Positions 16,338-24,615 of a stretch of DNA of 32,000 nucleotides are shown here, one piece after another. A program made the position numbers and the translations under genes. Source of the DNA: Candidatus Nanopusillus sp. (GTDB lineage: Archaea > Nanobdellota > Nanobdellia > Nanobdellales > Nanobdellaceae); contig JAWDMD010000001.1 in NCBI GenBank assembly GCA_046536775.1, positions 30,001 through 62,000 on the forward strand, in the 5' to 3' direction. The notes below the pieces were generated by a model. It was not told the DNA's origin, made no database searches, and was given only the letters and a program-made list of their open reading frames with translations. How positions within the stretch are numbered: the first letter of the stretch is position 1; each line of letters starts with the position of its first letter.

Positions 16338-16345
16338 AATATAAA
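16338..16345 (-). promoter_or_regulatory. TATA-box-like element (TTTATATT on the minus strand) 23-30 nt upstream of the ATPase ATG
   Basis: Sits in the 31-bp gap and abuts the stop codon of the upstream gene. Suggests the ATPase can be transcribed on its own. Confidence 0.4.
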
Positions 16346-16346
16346 T

Positions 16347-16727
16347 TTAACTTATATATAAAATAGAATTTGAAGAATAATTTTTATATTGTAAAAAGAA
16401 AGAGTTCAAACCTTCACCATAAATGGGATGAAAATAAGAATCATTATTCAAATTTATAGATAAAAAATTTCCATTATAAGATATATATACGAAATTATTA
16501 ATTGCACTTATTGAAAATCTATAATTCTGTGAAGGTTGACAAAAGAGATTTGCATTATATAAGTAAGAATAATATATACAAAACTCAACATTTGATTCTA
16601 TATAATTTAAAACTATTTTATTATAATTTGATGGATTTGTTATATGATTGAAATATAAAATCATTGATTGAGAAACAAAAAATAATATTAAAGTTATTAA
16701 TACAATTTCTATTGCATTTACTGGCAT
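16347..16727 (-). CDS. Small pilin-like/FlaF-FlaG-like membrane-anchored protein, 126 aa
   Basis: MPVNA followed by IEIVLITLILFFV, then an Asn/Tyr/Ser-rich body predicted to be beta-rich. The start shares nt 16727 with the stop of the upstream gene. Confidence 0.45.
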   Translation of the reverse strand: MPVNAIEIVLITLILFFVSQSMILYFNHITNPSNYNKIVLNYIESNVEFCIYYSYLYNANLFCQPSQNYRFSISAINNFVYISYNGNFLSINLNNDSYFHPIYGEGLNSFFLQYKNYSSNSILYIS

Positions 16728-17566
16728 TATACAATGGAAGCTTGTACATAATAGTACACTAATTGATTACAAACGGTAGAATTTGGATTATTAACTATAT
16801 TTAATCCCTGATATTGTAAGTTTATATTAACGGAATTTCCATTTGTAGTAGCTGATGTTTGACCAGTTGGTTCTATTATTATCCATTCACATTGTCCATT
16901 TTGAGGATTATACATTGGTCTACACGATATCTGATATTGTATGATTCCACTTAATTGGGTTGCTGAGAGTAAACATTCTGGATAATATGATACACCAGAT
17001 ACTCCTGTATTATATTGAGGAACAAATAATACATTATTATTCTGAACATTTATATTAAAATCGAAATATTGAGTTATAACATTGCTACTTGTTAAAGGCA
17101 ATATTAGAGTGTTATTATTTACATCTTGTATTATTATATTAGAAGAATTTACTTCTGCTATAAGATTTGGAATTCCACATAATTGGATAGAATTATAACC
17201 AGATGATGGTATTGAAATCGTATTATTTACATTACATGGAATATATATATTATAATTTATTGGAACTACAGAAATAGATGGATTATAATAAATTACAGGT
17301 GCTTGAAATGAATATTGAATTAAATTATTATATATACTTATAGATCCTTTTGGTAAATTCAATGTAACAGTCTGAGTTCCTCTACTTTGAACAACAGATG
17401 ATATGGCTTCTGCTAAGGGAGTTAGTTGATTTTGGACATTATCTACTGTAGACTTAATCTGAGATTTTTGTATTAATGGTACACCCCATTCGTATACCCC
17501 CATTGACAAACCAACCACAATAGCTCCCAATAATAAATAACTAATAAGCTGAGATTGTAATTTCAT
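16727..17566 (-). CDS. Pilin-like N-terminal-helix surface protein, 279 aa
   Basis: MKLQSQLISYLLLGAIVVGLSMGVY, then a Gln/Asn/Ser/Val-rich body with several N-x-S/T sequons and 6 Cys. G+C is higher than in flanking genes. Confidence 0.45.
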   Translation of the reverse strand: MKLQSQLISYLLLGAIVVGLSMGVYEWGVPLIQKSQIKSTVDNVQNQLTPLAEAISSVVQSRGTQTVTLNLPKGSISIYNNLIQYSFQAPVIYYNPSISVVPINYNIYIPCNVNNTISIPSSGYNSIQLCGIPNLIAEVNSSNIIIQDVNNNTLILPLTSSNVITQYFDFNINVQNNNVLFVPQYNTGVSGVSYYPECLLSATQLSGIIQYQISCRPMYNPQNGQCEWIIIEPTGQTSATTNGNSVNINLQYQGLNIVNNPNSTVCNQLVYYYVQASIV

Positions 17567-17598
17567 TTTATAAAGATATTAAAAAAATTTATTAATCT

Positions 17599-18150
17599 TT
17601 ATATCCTCTTATTATAATTTTGTATTGATGAACTTGTATAACTTGGACTTTGATTACCCCTTATATTCTCCATTTGTTTTTTAAGATTATCCAATAATTC
17701 TGCTACTTTTAGATTGGCTTTTTCCAAGTTTTCTATTCTCTTTAATAATTCAATATTATCTCCATTTGTTTCTTTTTCTTTTGGTCTTAATAAAGCAGCT
17801 TCTTTAAATATATCAAATAAATTCTTTATTTCTTTATATAAATTATTTGTAACAACTACTAATTCAGATATTTTTGCCTGTAAATCTATGTTACTCTTTA
17901 TTAATGAATTTACAATTTCCTTATAAAATGAAGTATCTATGTTTGATTGAGCATAATACATTTGAGCTTGGGTTTCTTTTTTAACTACTGGATTTGTTTC
18001 AGAAGGTGTTGAAACCTGTCTTTTTATTTCTTCAATATTATTTTTTAATTCATTTTTTAATGTAGCTAAATCGTTCTTTAAACCTTCTATCTCATCAACC
18101 AATTTTTCAACAGGATCTGTTGGCATAAGTTCATATTCTTCGGATGGCAT
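17599..18150 (-). CDS. Coiled-coil protein without a TM segment, 183 aa
   Basis: Heptad-rich segments (LVDEIEGLKNDLATLKNELKNNIEEIKRQ; ELLKRIENLEKANLKVAELLDNLKKQMENI). First gene of the filament-locus transcription unit. No enzymatic motif. Confidence 0.5.
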   Translation of the reverse strand: MPSEEYELMPTDPVEKLVDEIEGLKNDLATLKNELKNNIEEIKRQVSTPSETNPVVKKETQAQMYYAQSNIDTSFYKEIVNSLIKSNIDLQAKISELVVVTNNLYKEIKNLFDIFKEAALLRPKEKETNGDNIELLKRIENLEKANLKVAELLDNLKKQMENIRGNQSPSYTSSSIQNYNKRI

Positions 18151-18203
18151 AAAAGAATAAAAAATTTTGATATTTATAAATCTTTTAAAAAACTATTAAA
18201 AAA

Positions 18204-19862
18204 CTATTCTTCAACTTCTCCCTCTTCTCCTGGTTTACCAGATGATCCACCTTCCATTGATTTTCCTACTGCAGCAATAACATCATCTATCTTCAATATC
18301 ATTATAGCAGCTTCTACTGCAGATTTTATAGCTTGTATAGTTATATTTGCTGGTTCTATTACATTCTTTTCCCACATATCCTTAACTTTACCTTCAGTTG
18401 CATCTATTCCAGCCCATTTTTTACCTTGTTCATGCAATGCTCTTAATTGTGTCATTGCTTCTATAGTATCCATACCAGCATTTTCTGCCAATGCTGATGG
18501 TATTGCTTCCAATGCATCTGCAAATGCTAGCATTGCCATCTGTATTTTTGATGATTCTTTCTTAGCCTCTTTTCTTATTCCTTCTCCTAATTCCATTTCT
18601 AATGCACCACCTCCAGCAATTACTTTTCCGTATTTAATTACTGTTGCAACATCTTTAATTGCATCATTTATAGATCTTTCAATCTCATCTGCGACATGCT
18701 CAGATCCTGCTCTTATTAATATTGTAACAGCTTTTGGATTCTTACATCCTGTTATAAATATCATATTTTCATCTGCAACTTTTCTCTCTTCAACTAATTC
18801 TGCATATCCCAAATCATTTTCTGATAATTCATCAATAGAGTTTAAAATTTTTCCGCCAGTTGCTTTTGCTATTTTTTCCATATCTGATTTCTTAACTCTT
18901 CTTACTGCTAATATTCCATATTTTGCCAAATAATAGGCTGCCAAATCATCAACTCCTTTTTGTACAAATACAACATTTGCGCCTACTTCCTTTATTTTTT
19001 CTACCATTTTCTTTAACATTTCCCTTTCTTTACTCAAAAATTGTTCTAATTGATCTGGAGAAGATATGTTTATCCTAGCATCTGTTTCTGTTTCTTTAAT
19101 TTCAATAGCATCACCTATTAATGCTATCTTTGCATTTGAAACAACTTTTGGCATTTCTCCATGTATTTTTTCTTTATCTATTACTATTCCATCAATTAAT
19201 GATGTTTCTTCTACACCACCACCGATTTTCTTTTCAATCTTTAATGAATCCAGATCTACAATTATTTTCTTTTCTCCAGTTGATAATTCTACAACATCTG
19301 TTACTTTCTTAACAGCATCAACAATTATTGTTGCTAACTTATCTGAATATATTGATGCTAATTTTGATGATAATGCAGATTTTGCAACCTTAATTAATGT
19401 TTCCTCATCATCCATTGATATATTTTGAGCTAATTTATTTACTAATTCTTCAGCAATAATTGCTGCCTTATTATAACCTTCTATAATGACTGTTGGATGT
19501 ATATTCTTATCTAATAATTCATCTGCTCTCTTTAATAATTCACCCGCTAAAACTGTGGATCTTTTAGTACCATCACCTACTTCTTTATCTTGTGTTTTTG
19601 CTATTTCTATTATTAATTTAGCAGCTGGATGCTCAACATGCATTTGGTCTAATATTGTTGCTCCATCATTTGTAACAGTTACATCTCCCAATTCATCTAC
19701 TAACATTTTATCCATTCCTCTTGGACCTAAAGATGTTTTTAATATTTCTGATACCAATACAGCCGCCATGATATTCGATCTCATTGCTTCTCTACCTATT
19801 GTTCTCGCATATTTCTCTGGGGATAACACAATTGGATATAATCCTTTTTTATCTTCTGCCAT
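18204..19862 (-). CDS. ths: Thermosome subunit (group II chaperonin)
   Basis: LGPRGMDKMLVD, VTVTNDGATIL, QDKEVGDGTKRSTVLAGELL, VIAGGGALEMEL. C-terminal Gly/Glu tail. Confidence 0.95.
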   Translation of the reverse strand: MAEDKKGLYPIVLSPEKYARTIGREAMRSNIMAAVLVSEILKTSLGPRGMDKMLVDELGDVTVTNDGATILDQMHVEHPAAKLIIEIAKTQDKEVGDGTKRSTVLAGELLKRADELLDKNIHPTVIIEGYNKAAIIAEELVNKLAQNISMDDEETLIKVAKSALSSKLASIYSDKLATIIVDAVKKVTDVVELSTGEKKIIVDLDSLKIEKKIGGGVEETSLIDGIVIDKEKIHGEMPKVVSNAKIALIGDAIEIKETETDARINISSPDQLEQFLSKEREMLKKMVEKIKEVGANVVFVQKGVDDLAAYYLAKYGILAVRRVKKSDMEKIAKATGGKILNSIDELSENDLGYAELVEERKVADENMIFITGCKNPKAVTILIRAGSEHVADEIERSINDAIKDVATVIKYGKVIAGGGALEMELGEGIRKEAKKESSKIQMAMLAFADALEAIPSALAENAGMDTIEAMTQLRALHEQGKKWAGIDATEGKVKDMWEKNVIEPANITIQAIKSAVEAAIMILKIDDVIAAVGKSMEGGSSGKPGEEGEVEE

Positions 19863-19883
19863 ATATATATTATATGTATAAGA

Positions 19884-19891
19884 CTTATAAA
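19884..19891 (-). promoter_or_regulatory. TATA-box-like element (AAAATTTATAAG context on the minus strand) 22-29 nt upstream of the thermosome ATG
   Basis: Motif and spacing as elsewhere in the window. Confidence 0.45.
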
Positions 19892-19913
19892 TTTTAGACG
19901 AAAAAAATCTTTA

Positions 19914-20417
19914 TTAACTTGATTTTTCTTTATTTTCTATTAATCTTCTTATTTCCATTATTATATTATTAATATCGCTTTCTTTATTGTTATAAAAGAC
20001 ATAATATTCCTTTTTCATTTCCTCTAATTCATCTTCTATAACTTCAAGATTCATTGCCCATATATTTGTAAAAATTTTATTATATGAATAATTTCTTTCT
20101 TTTGACAATCTTTCATATAATATATTTGGATCAGTTTTTATAACAATATATAAATCGCCTTTATCATATAGATGAGCAAAATTTCCTTCTACAATAATGT
20201 ATTTATTATTTAAATTTTTTATATAATTATCAATTTCTTGAAACAATTTATTTTCATCTACTATATATGTTTGTTCGGCTTCGTCATATTCTTCATATAA
20301 ATTATTTTTAATTGCAAAATCATATATATCAATTAAAACAGCATTTATTTGCTCAGCCAATTTCTTTGCTATGGTACTTTTTCCAACACCAGGTACTCCC
20401 GTAATACAAATAATCAT
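19914..20417 (-). CDS. fap7: Fap7/AK6-type adenylate kinase-like NTPase (small-subunit ribosome biogenesis factor)
   Basis: MIICITGVPGVGKSTIAKKLAE P-loop at the extreme N-terminus. Size and downstream pattern (IVEGNFAHL, LYERLSKERNYSYNKI) fit archaeal Fap7. Confidence 0.7.
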   Translation of the reverse strand: MIICITGVPGVGKSTIAKKLAEQINAVLIDIYDFAIKNNLYEEYDEAEQTYIVDENKLFQEIDNYIKNLNNKYIIVEGNFAHLYDKGDLYIVIKTDPNILYERLSKERNYSYNKIFTNIWAMNLEVIEDELEEMKKEYYVFYNNKESDINNIIMEIRRLIENKEKSS

Positions 20418-21160
20418 TTCTTTCTTATTACAAATTCTGTTTTTGGATCTTTATATAAGGTAGATTTGTTTATCGTTATCATGGGTATTCCAAACAAAGT
20501 ACTCAATAATCCTTCAAAATATCCTTCCATAAAATACTCTTTTATCTCTACATTTCTTTCCTTCAGTATATCTTCTATATCCTTTAATACTAAAGATTCA
20601 ATTGACGAACTTAATGTAATTACAAAATCTAATGTTTTGATATCAATAAATATATCTTCTATTTTTCCAAAACCAAATTTCTCAATCAATTTAATTATTT
20701 CTTTTAGATAATCTTCATTTAAAACTCTTTCCATTCCAGAATACATTTTATATGTAGTAGAAATTATAATACCAAATCTTTTTCCAGAATCTCTAATGAA
20801 ATTTAAATTGTTTGTTTCTAGAGCCTGTAAATATAAAACTTGAAATATTTCAAAAGGAATTATTAAAAATTTTATATCGGAAACACTATAAAATTCATTT
20901 TTATCTTTTCTAATTAACCTTATTATTGGTGTATTTCCATGAATCATCTCTAAAAAGTTTACATCTTCATTTATATACCATATTTTTGCTTTTCCAACAA
21001 CTCTATAATTTAAATATCCCCTCTCCTTTAATATTTCCAAGTGTTTAGATAATGTAATTCTATTAATATTTAAGATCTTTGATAGTTCAGAGATGGTTAA
21101 TCCATAAGCATTCTGTTTAAGAACTTCCAATAATTTCTCATCTACATCATTAGTACTCAT
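20414..21160 (-). CDS. Winged-helix transcription regulator with a C-terminal V4R-like ligand-binding domain
   Basis: N-terminal wHTH LTISELSKILNINRITLSKHLEILKERGYLNYRVVGKAKIWY. The C-terminal GYFEGLLSTLFG pattern is typical of V4R domains, here without the usual Cys. ATGA overlap with the fap7-like gene. Confidence 0.6.
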   Translation of the reverse strand: MSTNDVDEKLLEVLKQNAYGLTISELSKILNINRITLSKHLEILKERGYLNYRVVGKAKIWYINEDVNFLEMIHGNTPIIRLIRKDKNEFYSVSDIKFLIIPFEIFQVLYLQALETNNLNFIRDSGKRFGIIISTTYKMYSGMERVLNEDYLKEIIKLIEKFGFGKIEDIFIDIKTLDFVITLSSSIESLVLKDIEDILKERNVEIKEYFMEGYFEGLLSTLFGIPMITINKSTLYKDPKTEFVIRKK

Positions 21161-21182
21161 TAATATTTTTAGAATTAGAAAA

Positions 21183-21195
21183 TTTATATATATTT
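21183..21195. promoter_or_regulatory. Near-palindromic TTTATATATATTT element at the centre of a 51-bp divergent spacer; candidate shared TATA box
   Basis: Lies about 23-35 nt from the ATG at 21160 (minus) and about 17-29 nt from the ATG at 21212 (plus). It is the only strong TATA-like element in the spacer. Confidence 0.4.
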
Positions 21196-21211
21196 ATCAA
21201 AAAATTAATAT

Positions 21212-21844
21212 ATGAAAAGAGAAAAGATTATCAATTTATTGATTTTGGTCATAGCTTTTATAATTTTAGTATTACTGATAACTATCAAATCTAGAATAAT
21301 AAATTATACAAATAATATTAACAATAATCAGACGTATATATACAAAAACTCAAATAATATAACGATTGCTGGACCTTATAATATTACACAATTAGAATTT
21401 ATACCAATATATTCAAATACAAGTTTATATAATTCATTAAATAACTATAAATATCAGTTATTTATTTTTGATCCAACATTAAATGGATATTATAATACAG
21501 AAATTCTTTATATATTGCTATATTTACTAGAATATAACAGAAATGTTATATATGCATGTTCTTTTTACTATAATAGTCCTGGATGCAAATATTTTCTAGA
21601 GAATAATAGTATAAATGACAATTATGTTTTTTTATATACTATATATAATAATTATGAAAATTTAACATATATTTTACCAAGAAACGAAACATTATTAATA
21701 TATTTAGTACCAACAAATAATTCTTATGGAATAATATTTAATAATCAGAACAATACAGTAATTATATATAATAATAATAGTATAATTGCTGAAGAAATGT
21801 ATGAAAAGTTTATATTATATTACTATGGAATTATCAATAGTTAG
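21212..21844 (+). CDS. Signal-anchored Asn/Tyr-rich putative surface glycoprotein, 210 aa
   Basis: N-terminal TM helix (INLLILVIAFIILVLLITI). I count 11 N-x-S/T sequons in 210 aa. Two Cys. Confidence 0.5.
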   Translation: MKREKIINLLILVIAFIILVLLITIKSRIINYTNNINNNQTYIYKNSNNITIAGPYNITQLEFIPIYSNTSLYNSLNNYKYQLFIFDPTLNGYYNTEILYILLYLLEYNRNVIYACSFYYNSPGCKYFLENNSINDNYVFLYTIYNNYENLTYILPRNETLLIYLVPTNNSYGIIFNNQNNTVIIYNNNSIIAEEMYEKFILYYYGIINS

Positions 21845-22283
21845 AGAAATATTAAATTATCAGTTTGGAGATAATATAGGAGATAAAATAATCGAAAAGT
21901 ATAAAGAAAAAATAAAAATCGAAAAAAGTAAAAAAACAGAAAGAATAAGGAGAATATATATAGATGATATGTTGTTCGGTACTATAGAACCAACAACTGG
22001 ATTTATTATATTAACATTTTATGGAGGATTAATAGTAAAAGAATTATTAAAATTTCCAAAGTATAGGATTACTGTAAAGGATGAAGCAACAAAATTTATA
22101 AAAGAAGGAAGATCTGTATTTAATAAATTTGTTGAGAATTTAGATGAAAATATATTACCGAAAGATATTGTATTAATAGTAGATAAAAATGATAATCTAT
22201 TGGCAATAGGAGAGAGTTTGTTGTCCGGAAAAGAAATTAAGGATTTTAAAATTGGAGTTGCTGCAAAAGTAAAGAATGTTTGA
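21825..22283 (+). CDS. PUA-domain RNA-binding protein (pre-PUA + PUA, ArcTGT C-terminal-like)
   Basis: ILNYQFGDNIG...TERIRRIYIDDMLFGTIEPTTGFIILTFYGG, then ATKFIKEGRSVFNKFV and DIVLIVDKNDNLLAIGESLLSGKEI..GVAAKVKN. The ORF track start at 21786 reads through the tail of the upstream gene, so I prefer the ATG at 21825. Confidence 0.7.
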   Translation: MELSIVREILNYQFGDNIGDKIIEKYKEKIKIEKSKKTERIRRIYIDDMLFGTIEPTTGFIILTFYGGLIVKELLKFPKYRITVKDEATKFIKEGRSVFNKFVENLDENILPKDIVLIVDKNDNLLAIGESLLSGKEIKDFKIGVAAKVKNV

Positions 22284-22836
22284 ATACATAATAAAAAAAT
22301 ATTATAATAAATTAATAGATTACGGAAAAAAAGATAATAAATTAAGAAAAGAAATAATTTTATCTATATTTTTTGCAAATATGTTAATATATTCAATACC
22401 ATTATTTTTATTTAGCTATTATTATATTGTTTTACCATATAATTTTTTGATAAGTTATTCTGAATTTATATCAAAGATACTATACTATTCCCATTTAAAT
22501 TTCACATTGGAAAATAATGTTATATATATAAAAAATATAAGTTTCATGATTGATCAGGAATGTACCGGTTTTAAATCCTTATTTGGTATATTTGCTCTAA
22601 TATTTTCTACGCCAATATTAAATATAAAGAAAAAAATATTTTATTTTATTATTTTTTCTCCAATATTATTTATCTTAAATATATTTAGATTATGGTCTGT
22701 CTTTTATTTCTATTATATATTTAATATTAATCCATATTTTTTACACAATTTTTTATGGGAAATATTTACGACATTATTTTTAATTATTTTTTGGTTAATA
22801 TTCTTAATAAAAAATAAAGAAGACCTATTCGTTTAA
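22276..22836 (+). CDS. Archaeosortase/exosortase-family transpeptidase-like membrane protein, 186 aa
   Basis: Polytopic protein with the Cys-Arg-His constellation in family order and context: MIDQECTGFKSLFGIFAL (Cys), ILNIFRLWSV (Arg), YFLHNFLWEIF (His). Confidence 0.65.
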   Translation: MFEYIIKKYYNKLIDYGKKDNKLRKEIILSIFFANMLIYSIPLFLFSYYYIVLPYNFLISYSEFISKILYYSHLNFTLENNVIYIKNISFMIDQECTGFKSLFGIFALIFSTPILNIKKKIFYFIIFSPILFILNIFRLWSVFYFYYIFNINPYFLHNFLWEIFTTLFLIIFWLIFLIKNKEDLFV

Positions 22837-23091
22837 AATTTCTAAAATTTCCTTAATATTCTCATATAAATTCTGACTTATTTTTTCAATATAAATTATA
22901 TTATTGTTTTTTATATAAAATCTTACATAATCGCCAGAATTTAAATTATTTATATCTATAGATTTGTCAAATGGATGATCTTTTCCATTTATTTCTATTA
23001 TTACTTTATCCTTCATTATATTTTTTATTTTCCCATATATTATTCCTTCTTTTATATAATCAAATGATTCATACATATAAAATATTTTCAT
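22825..23091 (-). CDS. hypothetical protein, 88 aa (possibly a small beta-barrel)
   Basis: Complete ORF starting 1 nt after the stop of the upstream gene. No motif recognised. Confidence 0.4.
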   Translation of the reverse strand: MKIFYMYESFDYIKEGIIYGKIKNIMKDKVIIEINGKDHPFDKSIDINNLNSGDYVRFYIKNNNIIYIEKISQNLYENIKEILEILNE

Positions 23092-23892
23092 TTAAATAAT
23101 ATAAGCTTCTATTAATGCTGCTATAAATATAAATAATATAGCTAAAACAAATAGTGCTAAAGAATCTGAGAGTATGGTTTCTAAGGTTTTTTTATCAAGG
23201 TTTTTTATAAATGCTATTGATAAAATATTACCTGCCAAAGCTGCTAAGAAATATCCTAAAAATTCCAATATTCCGTGTGGTAAAATTTCCAAAAGACCAA
23301 TAGTTGGAGTTAAAATAAATTTATATATAATATTATTCGACATATATTCTGATGCCTTTAAACCTAGGAATACTCCAATAATTGAAGCATTCCATAATAA
23401 TAAATATATAGACCCAGCACCAAATATTATTGAAAATGCAAAAAATAACAATAATACTGTCATATTATTATATAATATATAAGTAAAGAAACTATTTGTA
23501 TCTATTGCATGCGCATAACTTAGAGCAATAACATTTTTCCTTATATCTTCTATTGCTTGTATTTGTGGATAAAACAGATTGTAATTTATTATATAACCTA
23601 TATAGAACCCAATTATTGATGCAAAAAATATTATAAATGATATTATAAAATATTCTTTATACCTTAAAAACATATTTTCCTTTGATTTTATCCTTTCAGA
23701 TATTTTTTCATCTTTTTCTATTAATTTATTATATATTTGAACAAGAGGAACTAAAGATATTGCAATTATTAATATTCCACCATATGGTCCAGATTTAATT
23801 GACAATAATGTAGAAAATACTATTATCAATATAATTAGAAAGAATAATATAAAATAATTATACCTTATCTTTTCTATCAAGATATCATACAT
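23092..23892 (-). CDS. SpoIIM/DUF95 family integral membrane protein
   Basis: Polytopic protein with family-typical LLLWNASIIGVFLG and LLEILPHGILEFLGYFLAALAG motifs. Confidence 0.6.
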   Translation of the reverse strand: MYDILIEKIRYNYFILFFLIILIIVFSTLLSIKSGPYGGILIIAISLVPLVQIYNKLIEKDEKISERIKSKENMFLRYKEYFIISFIIFFASIIGFYIGYIINYNLFYPQIQAIEDIRKNVIALSYAHAIDTNSFFTYILYNNMTVLLLFFAFSIIFGAGSIYLLLWNASIIGVFLGLKASEYMSNNIIYKFILTPTIGLLEILPHGILEFLGYFLAALAGNILSIAFIKNLDKKTLETILSDSLALFVLAILFIFIAALIEAYII

Positions 23893-24614
23893 AATAAAAA
23901 TTCTAACTCTATTTTATTTAAATTTGACGGTATTATAATACATAATGGGGGGTCTAAATTTATATTTAATAATTCCCTTATTTCTTTATAATATATTTTC
24001 TCCTTTTTTCTATTTAGGTTAGAGCATACGATTAACTTAAAATTATCATTAAAAATTTTTTCTTTTTTATTATCTACTTCTAATAATTTTTTTATTGCTT
24101 CTTTATGATCTAGATACTTATTATTTATCGGATCTAGATCTAATAAGACCAATGTATGTAGATTATTTTTATAATTTCTTATAATATAATCATAAAATTC
24201 TGTAGATTCATGAAATGATATTGAAACCGTTCTTCCAAACTTATATAAAAATAAACCTGTTTTTCCAATTTCATCAAATATCGATGGAGAATTTATTATT
24301 TTAAATTCTATATTATTTTTCTTGCAAAGTTCAATAAAGTACATATGGGTAGTAGCAAATAATGGGTTTCCAGATGTTATCAAAATTATTTTCTTATCTT
24401 TATTATTTAATATTATCTTTTCTAAATCTAATTCTACAAAATTCCTATCAACAATCTTTATATCTTTTTTTATATTTAATAAAAATTCTTTTGTTTCTTC
24501 ATCAATAAAATTTGTATAATACTCTAAAAATACCAAATCTGCATTTTTTATTTCTTCTATTAATCCATATGGTATTTCATCCTTATTTTGTCCCAATCCA
24601 GATAATATAAACAT
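23877..24614 (-). CDS. dph5: Diphthine synthase (tetrapyrrole-methylase fold)
   Basis: MFILSGLG...ADLVFLEYYTNF, ILITSGNPLFATTH, SPSIFDEIGKTGLFLYKFGRTVSI, NLHTLVLLDL. The ORF track start at 24665 would overlap DP2 by 50 nt. The ATG at 24614 matches the conserved N-terminus. Confidence 0.85.
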   Translation of the reverse strand: MFILSGLGQNKDEIPYGLIEEIKNADLVFLEYYTNFIDEETKEFLLNIKKDIKIVDRNFVELDLEKIILNNKDKKIILITSGNPLFATTHMYFIELCKKNNIEFKIINSPSIFDEIGKTGLFLYKFGRTVSISFHESTEFYDYIIRNYKNNLHTLVLLDLDPINNKYLDHKEAIKKLLEVDNKKEKIFNDNFKLIVCSNLNRKKEKIYYKEIRELLNINLDPPLCIIIPSNLNKIELEFLLCMIS

Positions 24615-24615
24615 T

